From contig CAZZFP010000002.1 in the NCBI GenBank assembly GCA_964653575.1, positions 63,303-127,302 on the forward strand: 64,000 nt of DNA, written 5' to 3'. This document shows, in pieces, positions 56,989 to 64,000 of the stretch. Both the position numbers and the translations under genes were made by a program. The stretch's first letter is position 1. Each line of letters opens with the position of its first letter. The notes below the pieces were generated by a model. That model was not told the DNA's origin. It ran no database searches and was given only the letters and a program-made list of their open reading frames with translations. The stretch comes from an uncultured Lachnospiraceae bacterium (GTDB lineage Bacteria; Bacillota; Clostridia; Oscillospirales; CAG-272).

Positions 56989-57321
56989 ATGGCAATTGAT
57001 TATGAATTGATAGGTTCTCGTATCAAAGTTGCGAGAAAAAGAAAGGATATGACGCAGGAGATGCTCGCCGAACGCTTGGATGTTTCGGTGGGATATGTAA
57101 GTCAGGTGGAGCGTGGGATAACAAAAATAAGTCTTGACCTTTTGGCAAGCATATCGGATATTCTCGAATGTGACATAGCGGAGTTTGTGTGCGCTTCATC
57201 GACTACCTCGGAAAATTACCTCAGTCGAGAGATAACGCAAAATTACGATAAGCTGAGCAATAAAGAGCGCAAGCTTGTAGACGGTATCATAAAGCTCATA
57301 CTTGAAAACAGATATATTTGA
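56989..57321 (+). CDS. XRE family HTH transcriptional regulator
   Basis: MTQEMLAERLDVSVGYVSQVERG helix-turn-helix. The ATG is at 56989. Confidence 0.8.
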   Translation: MAIDYELIGSRIKVARKRKDMTQEMLAERLDVSVGYVSQVERGITKISLDLLASISDILECDIAEFVCASSTTSENYLSREITQNYDKLSNKERKLVDGIIKLILENRYI

Positions 57322-57382
57322 AAAGCATTACGGCATAGGAGCACTTGTCGGAATGCTTTTTTGATTTTGTTTTGAACTGCTC

Positions 57383-57411
57383 TTGCAAAACGGAGAGGGA
57401 TGTGTTATAAT
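57383..57411 (+). promoter_or_regulatory. Strong sigma-A-type promoter driving a ~290-nt structured leader/sRNA upstream of ygiQ
   Basis: TTGCAA-17 nt-TATAAT with an extended -10 (TGTTATAAT). Confidence 0.55.
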
Positions 57412-57427
57412 ACACGCAGTGAGTTGC
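57404..57427 (+). repeat. Direct repeat copy 1 (GTTATAATACACGCAGTGAGTTGC)
   Basis: Repeated at 57526-57551 with a TA insertion and one substitution. Confidence 0.8.
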
Positions 57428-57525
57428 TTCGCAACTCTGCGGGCTTTTGCCCTTGTGCGCACTTCGTGCGCCCGCGTGATTGATGACCTCGTAAAAATGT
57501 CCGTGCAAGCACACATTTTTACTTC

Positions 57526-57551
57526 GTTATATAATACACGCAGTAAGTTGC
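57526..57551 (+). repeat. Direct repeat copy 2 (GTTATATAATACACGCAGTAAGTTGC)
   Basis: See copy 1. It also contains a -10-like TATAAT. Confidence 0.8.
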
Positions 57552-57585
57552 GGATACTCTCCGACACTCTAAGCTTCCAATATTG

Positions 57586-57663
57586 TTTTTTAAGTTCTTT
57601 GGGGGCTTGGACCCTTTCTTTCAAGAAAGGGTCCAAAAAAATTTCAAAAAAGGGTCCAAAAAA
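57586..57663. repeat. GC-clamped A/T-core palindromic repeat element, locus A
   Basis: TTTTTTAAGTTCTTTGGGGGCTT + palindrome GGACCCTTTCTT-TC-AAGAAAGGGTCC (57609-57634) + an extra half copy AGGGTCC (57651-57657). Confidence 0.75.
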
Positions 57664-57708
57664 TCGTCATCGTAATTGTAACTAAAAAAACAGGTAAAGG
57701 TATATTAA

Positions 57709-59706
57709 ATGGCTGAAAGAGCAACCGTCGGCAAGGAGTTTTTGCCTCTTTGTCGCGAGGAAATGATAAAACGAGGCTGGGACAGACCGGATTTCGTGTA
57801 CGTGACGGGCGACGCTTATGTTGATCATCCGTCATTCGGCGTCTCTATAATTTCTCGCGTGCTTGAGGACGCGGGCTTTAACGTGGCGATACTTTCACAG
57901 CCGGATTATAAGAGCTGTGATGCTTTCAAGGAATACGGCAGACCGAGACTCGGATTTCTCGTTACCTCGGGAAATATAGATTCTATGGTGATGCACTACA
58001 CCGCCGCCAAAAAGAAAAGAACTTATGATTATTACACACCCGGCGGCGTAATGGGCAAGCGTCCCGACCGTGCCGTTATAGTTTATTGTAACCGTATAAG
58101 AGAGGCTTACGGCGACGTTCCGATAATAATCGGCGGGCTCGAGGCGTCCTTGCGCCGATTTGCACATTACGATTATTGGGACGATAAGGTGCGGCGTTCG
58201 GTGCTCGTTGACAGCCGCGCCGATATTCTTACCTACGGTATGGGAGAGAACATCCTGCTTCGCATTGCCGAGCTTTTGAGACGCGGTATTCCCGTAAAGA
58301 AGATACACGACGTCAGAGGCACGGTGTATCTTACATCTCCCGACGACAAGATACACTATCCCGTGGCGGCTGAATTTGATTACGATGTTCTCAAGACCGA
58401 CAAAAGAGCATATACCGAGGCGTTCGGCGTTCAGTATCAAAATCAGGACTCCATAAACGGCAAGGCTATAATCGAGCATTACGGAAACAAGATACTCGTT
58501 CAAAATCCGCCTATGCCGCCGCTTGAAAGGGATGAGCTCGATCACGTTTATTCGCTTCCGTATGTTCGTACATATCATCCGTCGTACGAAAAGCTCGGCG
58601 GCGTGCCCGCGATCGAGGAGGTGCAGTTCTCGATAACACATAACAGGGGATGCTTCGGCGGCTGCAATTTCTGCGCACTTGCCTTCCACCAGGGAAGAAC
58701 CGTGCGGTCAAGAAGCATCGAAAGCGTTGTGTCCGAGGCGGAGGTCATTACAAAGCTCAAGGGATTTAAGGGATATATTCACGACGTTGGCGGACCTACG
58801 GCAAACTTCCGTTACCCCGCCTGCGATAGACAGCTTACGGAGGGTGTTTGTTCGACACGAAAGTGCTTAGCACCTAAGCCGTGCAAAAATCTAAAGGTGG
58901 ATCACACGGAATATCTCGAGCTCATAAAAGCCGTCGAGCGGGTCGAAGGCGTGAAAAAGGTGTTCATACGCTCGGGTATCCGATTTGATTATCTTATGCT
59001 TGATAAAAACGACGCATTTTTCGAAAAGCTCGTTAAAGATAACGTCAGCGGTCAGCTTAAGGTTGCGCCCGAGCATTGCGCGACGAATGTGCTGAACTGT
59101 ATGGGGAAACCCGAATTTTCGGTATATGAGGCATTCAGGCGAAAGTTCTTTGAGATAACGAAAAAAGTCGGCAAGGAGCAATACCTTGTTCCGTATCTTA
59201 TGTCAAGTCATCCCGGCTCGACTCTGAATGACGCCGTCGAGCTTGCGCTTTGCCTAAAGCGTGACGGATATGCGCCCGAGCAGGTGCAGGATTTCTATCC
59301 CACCCCCGGAACGGCATCGACGGTTATGTACTATACGGGAATTAATCCGCTTAATATGAAGCCGGTGTACACTCCGACGGATTATCACGACAAGCAAATG
59401 CAAAGGGCGCTTTTGCAATTCAATCGTCCTCAAAATTATAAGCTCGTCAGAGAGGCACTCAGGGCGGCGGGCAGAGAGGATCTGATAGGCAATTCTCCGA
59501 GCTGTCTTGTACGCGCGGAATACGGCTCCGTCGGTATGGGCAATCAGGCTAAGCGGCAAAATAAAGATAAGTCTCGTGTGCAAAAATCGGCATCCCACGG
59601 TAAAGGGCACACGAATACAAGATCCGCTAAAGGCGGGACGCAAAATAAGCGGCAATCGGCCCGCCAAAATTCAAAAAATTGGGAAAGGAAAAGTAATAAA
59701 AAATGA
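57709..59706 (+). CDS. ygiQ: YgiQ family radical SAM protein (UPF0313)
   Basis: N-terminus [22 protein letters not shown], radical [11 protein letters not shown], basic C-terminal tail. Confidence 0.9.
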   Translation: MAERATVGKEFLPLCREEMIKRGWDRPDFVYVTGDAYVDHPSFGVSIISRVLEDAGFNVAILSQPDYKSCDAFKEYGRPRLGFLVTSGNIDSMVMHYTAAKKKRTYDYYTPGGVMGKRPDRAVIVYCNRIREAYGDVPIIIGGLEASLRRFAHYDYWDDKVRRSVLVDSRADILTYGMGENILLRIAELLRRGIPVKKIHDVRGTVYLTSPDDKIHYPVAAEFDYDVLKTDKRAYTEAFGVQYQNQDSINGKAIIEHYGNKILVQNPPMPPLERDELDHVYSLPYVRTYHPSYEKLGGVPAIEEVQFSITHNRGCFGGCNFCALAFHQGRTVRSRSIESVVSEAEVITKLKGFKGYIHDVGGPTANFRYPACDRQLTEGVCSTRKCLAPKPCKNLKVDHTEYLELIKAVERVEGVKKVFIRSGIRFDYLMLDKNDAFFEKLVKDNVSGQLKVAPEHCATNVLNCMGKPEFSVYEAFRRKFFEITKKVGKEQYLVPYLMSSHPGSTLNDAVELALCLKRDGYAPEQVQDFYPTPGTASTVMYYTGINPLNMKPVYTPTDYHDKQMQRALLQFNRPQNYKLVREALRAAGREDLIGNSPSCLVRAEYGSVGMGNQAKRQNKDKSRVQKSASHGKGHTNTRSAKGGTQNKRQSARQNSKNWERKSNKK

Positions 59707-60926
59707 GAGCATACGAAAGACTTCTTAAATATGTTACTGTTTGGACGGACAGTGACGAGGACAGCGGTACCGTTCCGAGCACGGCAAGGCAGTTTGACCT
59801 TGCGAAAATACTTGTTGACGAGCTTAAAGGTCTCGGACTTTCCGATGCCGAGGTGGATGACAAGTGCTATGTTTATGCAACTTTGCCGGCTACCGATGGG
59901 TATGAGGACAGAGCCAAGATAGGCTTTATCGCGCACGTCGATACGGCTCCCGATTTTTCGGGCAAGAATGTAAAGCCGAGACTTATTGAAAACTATGACG
60001 GAGAGGATGTCGTGCTCGGCGACAGCGGCAGAGTGCTTTCAAACAAAGATTTTCCGTGGCTCAAAGAGTTAAAGGGGAACACTCTTATCGTGACCGACGG
60101 AAACAGTCTTTTAGGCGGCGACGATAAGGCGGGAATTGCGGATATTATGACTATGATAGAGCAGATAAACGAGAGAGGGATCCCGCACGGGAAGATATCT
60201 ATCTGCTTTACACCCGACGAGGAGATAGGCGCGGGTGCGGATCACTTCGACATCGAGCGCTTCGGAGCCGACTTTGCATATACCGTGGACGGCGGCGGTG
60301 CGGGTGAGGTCGTATATGAGAACTTTAATGCCGCGGCGGCGGTGTTCAAGGTAAATGGTGTAAACATACATCCGGGTTCCGCTAAAAATACTATGATAAA
60401 TTCGCTTCTCGTGGCGATGGAGATAAATTCAATGCTTCCGAGCGGAGATGTTCCGTCAAAGACCGAGATGTATGAGGGCTTCTATCATCTTACCGATATG
60501 CAGGGAAATGTTACCGAGACCGAGATGCACTACATCGTTCGCGATCATTCCGCGAATATGTTTGAGGCAAGGCTCGAGACGCTTCGTCATATCGAAAAGG
60601 TAATAAATGAAAAATACGGACAGGGAACGGCAGTGCTGACGATCAGAGAGCAGTACAGAAATATGAAAGAAAAGATCCTTCCCTGTATACACATAGTCGA
60701 AAACGCTATCGAAGCGGCGCGTGAGCTTGGCATCGAGCCCGAGACGAGTCCGATAAGAGGCGGCACCGACGGCGCAAGGCTCTCGTTTATGGGACTTCCT
60801 TGTCCCAACCTCGGCACGGGCGGTAGCTACGCCTGCCACGGTCCGTATGAGCATGCCGTGGTCGAGCATATGGACACCGAGGTCGAGATACTCATAAATA
60901 TCGTCAAGCGATACGCAAAGGGCTGA
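59703..60926 (+). CDS. pepT: Peptidase T (tripeptide aminopeptidase, M20B)
   Basis: [31 protein letters not shown] motifs. ATGA overlap with ygiQ. Confidence 0.92.
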   Translation: MRAYERLLKYVTVWTDSDEDSGTVPSTARQFDLAKILVDELKGLGLSDAEVDDKCYVYATLPATDGYEDRAKIGFIAHVDTAPDFSGKNVKPRLIENYDGEDVVLGDSGRVLSNKDFPWLKELKGNTLIVTDGNSLLGGDDKAGIADIMTMIEQINERGIPHGKISICFTPDEEIGAGADHFDIERFGADFAYTVDGGGAGEVVYENFNAAAAVFKVNGVNIHPGSAKNTMINSLLVAMEINSMLPSGDVPSKTEMYEGFYHLTDMQGNVTETEMHYIVRDHSANMFEARLETLRHIEKVINEKYGQGTAVLTIREQYRNMKEKILPCIHIVENAIEAARELGIEPETSPIRGGTDGARLSFMGLPCPNLGTGGSYACHGPYEHAVVEHMDTEVEILINIVKRYAKG

Positions 60927-60960
60927 AGGACTCGGTCGCGTATCGGCAATAACGGTTATA

Positions 60961-61090
60961 TCGGGGGAACTTCTTGAAAGAAGTTCCCCCACACCCCCTC
61001 AAGAACTTTCAAAAAAGAAAGCAATAAAACTTCTTTTTAAGTTTTTCGGGGGTGCGGACCCCTTTTTTCAAAAAGGGGTCTGCGAAAAAA
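60961..61090. repeat. GC-clamped A/T-core palindromic repeat element, locus B (two palindromes plus inverted AAGTTCTT-GGGGG arms)
   Basis: GGGGGAACTTCTT-GA-AAGAAGTTCCCCC (60963-90) and GCGGACCCCTTTTTT-C-AAAAAGGGGTCTGC (61054-83). The segment 61033-61080 aligns with locus A. Confidence 0.75.
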
Positions 61091-61126
61091 GAAAATTATT
61101 AATCTAACCAAGGAGATTTAAAAAAT

Positions 61127-61915
61127 ATGTCAAAGTTCAGATTTCAAGCACACAGGGGAGACAGCAAATATTTTCCCGAAAACACATTGGTATCGCTCGG
61201 CGCGGCAGTAGAGCAGGGATACGATATAATCGAGATAGACACCAAATTTACAAAAGATAATGTATGCGTGCTTCTGCACGACGCATCGGTGAATCGTACG
61301 GGCAGACGTCCCGACGGAAGCGTTATCGCTGAGGAGAAGCTTCCCGTATCAAAGGTCACCTTTGAAGAGGTCAGAGGATACGATTTCGGACTCTTTATGG
61401 GCGAGCAGTTCAGAGGAACGCAGATCCCCACACTTGCCGAGGCACTTGCTTTTCTTAAGGGCAAGGGCGTACAGGTCAAGCTTGATAACGTATACCAGGG
61501 ATTTAACGAGGAGCAGTTTGAGATCTTCTGCTCGGTGATAGAGGCTGCCGATATGGAGGAGCAGATCTGCTTTACCTGCAAGACTCTTCCGTATTTCCGC
61601 TATCTTGCCGAGAGATTTCCGAAGGCAGAGATGCACTTTGACGGAAGCCTGACTCCCGCGGCGCTTTCGGAGTGCGAAAAAATGTCGAAGTATCGCCGCG
61701 TTACCGTGTGGATCCCCTACGACAACGCCAAGACCGCTTGGTTTGTCGGCAGAAAAGCCGACGCGGAATTCTGCCGTGAATTGCATCAGTATGGCGACGT
61801 CGGAATCTGGCTCATCGGCACAAAAGAGGAGCTTAAGGTATCAAAAGAGGATTTCGGCGCGGATGTCATCGAGACCAACGGCGAGCTTAAGCCTTATATG
61901 CTCGCAGAGATATAA
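61127..61915 (+). CDS. Glycerophosphodiester phosphodiesterase family protein (cytoplasmic)
   Basis: HRGDSKYFPENT, EIDTKFTKD and LHD motifs of GDPD. Confidence 0.85.
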   Translation: MSKFRFQAHRGDSKYFPENTLVSLGAAVEQGYDIIEIDTKFTKDNVCVLLHDASVNRTGRRPDGSVIAEEKLPVSKVTFEEVRGYDFGLFMGEQFRGTQIPTLAEALAFLKGKGVQVKLDNVYQGFNEEQFEIFCSVIEAADMEEQICFTCKTLPYFRYLAERFPKAEMHFDGSLTPAALSECEKMSKYRRVTVWIPYDNAKTAWFVGRKADAEFCRELHQYGDVGIWLIGTKEELKVSKEDFGADVIETNGELKPYMLAEI

Positions 61916-61937
61916 GCATACATACATTAAATAAGCA

Positions 61938-61987
61938 AAAAGCATATCCGTATCTACTTACAACCGTAAGTTTGCGGATATGCTTTT
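61938..61987. terminator. Bidirectional nested-hairpin terminator
   Basis: AAAAGCATATCCG...CGGATATGCTTTT with an inner CTTAC-AACC-GTAAG hairpin. Confidence 0.65.
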
Positions 61988-62010
61988 GATTTTTAAAGAT
62001 AAGCTTCAGC

Positions 62011-63195
62011 TTATTTTTTATCTTTGCGCAGCTCCTCGACAAATTCGCCGATGCGTTCGAGTGCTGTCGTGATGTGCTTGACCGAATATGCGTAGGATAT
62101 GCGGGCAAATCCCTCTCCGCAACTTCCGAAGGCGTTTCCGGGAACTATCGCACATTTCTTTTCATAGAGCAGACGCTCGCAAAATTCCTCGGACGAAAGT
62201 CCGAAGCCACCGATCTTGGGCCATATGTAGAAGGCTCCCTCGGGCTCAAATACTTCAAGTCCTATCTTTTGGAGTCCGTCGTAAATGTATCTGCGCCTGC
62301 GGTCGTATTCCGCAACCATTTCTTCAACGTCCGAGTCACCGTTTTGCATGGCCTCGATCGCCGCAAACTGAGACGTCGTCGGGGCGCACATAATGGCGTA
62401 TTGATGAAGCTTTAAGATGTGCTTTGTCAGCTCTCGGGGCGCGCACAAATATCCGAGTCTCCAGCCTGTCATAGCATAAGCCTTGGAAAATCCGCTGACA
62501 AGTATCGTGCGCTCGCGCATACCGGGGATATTTACTATCGATGTGTGACGCTTGCCGAAGGTCATCTCGGCGTAGATCTCATCCGAAAGGATAAGGATAT
62601 TCGTGTCTCTCAATACCTTTGCTATCCCTTCAAGCTCCTCTGCACTCATAATAGCACCCGTGGGATTGTTCGGATAGGGAAGCACCAAAAGCTTTGTACG
62701 CGGAGTTATCGCGGCTTTGAGTGCCTCGGGCGTCAGCTTGAATTTGTCCTCAAGGCGTGTGTCGATTATGACAGGCTTAGCTCCCGTCATACGTACGAGT
62801 GGCTCGTAGCACACAAACGCGGGATTGGGTATGATGACCTCGTCTCCCGGCACAAGTACCGCGCGCATAGATATGTCTATTGCCTCGCTTCCGCCGACCG
62901 TCACGATGATCTCCTTTTCCGGGTCGTACGGCGCTATGCCGAAGCGGCGCAAAAGGTAATCCGAAATAGCCGCGCGAAGCTCAAGCGTGCCCGAATTTGA
63001 TGTGTAGTAGGTCTTTGACCTTTCAAGCGATTCGATGCCCGCTTTTCTTATGTGCCACGGCGTCGGAAAATCCGGCTGACCGACAGTCAGACCGACCACG
63101 TTATCCATAGTCGAAAGCAGGTCGAAAAATTTTCTTATCGCCGACTGAGGCAGACTTACCGCGGTCGGCGACAGAACGGAATTATAATCTATCAT
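62011..63195 (-). CDS. Pyridoxal-phosphate-dependent aminotransferase class I/II (aspartate aminotransferase-like)
   Basis: PNNPTG, SGFSKAYAMTGWRLGY (PLP-Lys), RISYA. Confidence 0.9.
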   Translation of the reverse strand: MIDYNSVLSPTAVSLPQSAIRKFFDLLSTMDNVVGLTVGQPDFPTPWHIRKAGIESLERSKTYYTSNSGTLELRAAISDYLLRRFGIAPYDPEKEIIVTVGGSEAIDISMRAVLVPGDEVIIPNPAFVCYEPLVRMTGAKPVIIDTRLEDKFKLTPEALKAAITPRTKLLVLPYPNNPTGAIMSAEELEGIAKVLRDTNILILSDEIYAEMTFGKRHTSIVNIPGMRERTILVSGFSKAYAMTGWRLGYLCAPRELTKHILKLHQYAIMCAPTTSQFAAIEAMQNGDSDVEEMVAEYDRRRRYIYDGLQKIGLEVFEPEGAFYIWPKIGGFGLSSEEFCERLLYEKKCAIVPGNAFGSCGEGFARISYAYSVKHITTALERIGEFVEELRKDKK

Positions 63196-63674
63196 ATTAT
63201 GCCGACCCCTCTTTCGTCAATATCGGGGGACTTGTAAACAACGCCCTTGTCCTTGAATTTTTTGAGCACGAAATGCGTTGCGGTAGAGGTAACGTTTTCG
63301 ATAGTCGCAAGCTTTTGTGCAACGAAGAACGCGACCTCACGCAGGGTCTTTCCTTCTATCATAACGACAAAATCAAATCCGCCCGACATAAGATAAAGGC
63401 TCTTGACCTCGGGATAATTGTATATTTGCTCGGCAACCTTGTCAAATCCGCAGTCACGCTGAGGCTGGATGTTTACTTCGATGAAAGCCGTAACGTATTC
63501 GCGGTCGGTCTTGTCCCAATCTATAAGCGTTTGTCTGCCGAGGATAACGCCGTCGTTTTCATATTCATCTATAAGTTTTCTTATATCGCCCGTTTCTTTG
63601 CCAAGCATCGCCGCGAGCTGGGCGTCGGTAAGCGTCGCGTCCTTCTCTATGATAGAAAGTAATGTGTTTTCCAT
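63192..63674 (-). CDS. Lrp/AsnC family transcriptional regulator
   Basis: N-terminal HTH plus an AsnC-type RAM domain. ATGA overlap with the aminotransferase gene. Confidence 0.88.
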   Translation of the reverse strand: MENTLLSIIEKDATLTDAQLAAMLGKETGDIRKLIDEYENDGVILGRQTLIDWDKTDREYVTAFIEVNIQPQRDCGFDKVAEQIYNYPEVKSLYLMSGGFDFVVMIEGKTLREVAFFVAQKLATIENVTSTATHFVLKKFKDKGVVYKSPDIDERGVGII

Positions 63675-63768
63675 AATTAAAAACTCCTTGCTTTTTCTTT
63701 TCGAATGTATCTGCTATTAATTATATTACATTATTCCGATTATGTCAATAGAATTTTTTGCGGTATTG

Positions 63769-64000
63769 CTTGGCGTCTCTCCACCTTTTTTGAAAAAAAG
63801 GCAGAGCAAAAAAACTTCAAAAAATAACGTAGTTGTCTTGTAGATCTTTGGCATAGAACACTGTACTGTTGCAGTAAAAGTTTTCGCCCGCCTTTTTCAA
63901 AAGGCGGCGTAGTGGAGGGCGCGGAGTCCTCCTCGCGCTCCGCAGTGCGCGAAAAAATCTCTTGGCGTTTCTCTTTTGCTAACTTTTCTCTTTGCGCCCG
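63769..64000. repeat. GC-clamped A/T-core palindromic repeat element, locus C, bounded by direct repeats CTTGGCGTYTCTC; truncated by window end
   Basis: CCTTTTTTGAAAAAAAGG (63784-801) and CCGCCTTTTTCAAAAGGCGG (63888-907), followed by the GC-rich hairpin region 63913-63950. Direct repeats sit at 63769-82 and 63961-74. Confidence 0.65.

Noticed and set aside
57404-57551. Possible mini-CRISPR (24-nt direct repeats)
   Set aside because: There are only two copies, the spacing is ~98 nt, the repeats contain a promoter -10 hexamer, and no cas genes are present. It is reported instead as a duplicated promoter-proximal segment.
57895-58689. 264-aa minus-strand ORF
   Set aside because: It is antisense to ygiQ. 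No independent signals are present.

Overview
This is a 64 kb chromosomal window from a spore-forming Firmicute. A spoIIAA-spoIIAB-sigF operon, the gene content and the codon style suggest Clostridia, possibly an Oscillospiraceae/Ruminococcaceae-like organism. All calls come from reading the sequence and the ORF track by eye; no database or folding tool was run. About 64 protein genes are supported, and most are housekeeping: murA, groES/groEL, miaA, rnhA, tcdA, yggS-sepF-lspA-rluD, cls, pepT, ygiQ, nrdD/nrdG and trxB. I saw no tRNA, rRNA, CRISPR array, transposase or integrase. The accessory or unusual content, in my order of interest, is as follows. (1) A minus-strand locus (432-6920) driven by a consensus promoter and a cobalamin riboswitch. 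It encodes a small basic protein, a sortase-anchored DUF4430-like protein, a 572-aa protein joining a prenyltransferase-like alpha-barrel to a DUF4430 beta-domain through a two-helix membrane hairpin (a transcobalamin-like domain pair), and a dedicated ECF importer (T, fused A-A', S). I read this as a poorly described Gram-positive corrinoid capture and import system. (2) A class III ribonucleotide reductase NrdD carrying a C-terminal thioredoxin-fold CPNC domain, translationally coupled to trxB, with tandem NrdR boxes upstream. (3) A GtrA / UDP-galactopyranose-mutase-like flavoprotein / two large GT-C-like membrane proteins cluster, with nrdG at its tail. (4) A divergent module of two XRE regulators facing a membrane coiled-coil protein and a duplicated 4-Cys mini-protein, with a perfect operator palindrome between them. 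(5) A nudix-MFS-GDPD-murQ-sulfatase operon that has no MurNAc kinase or PTS in the window. (6) A family of GC-clamped, A/T-core palindromic intergenic repeats at three loci in the last 7 kb, plus a GC-rich structured leader or sRNA candidate upstream of ygiQ. The many long ORFs antisense to clearly homologous genes are treated as non-coding.
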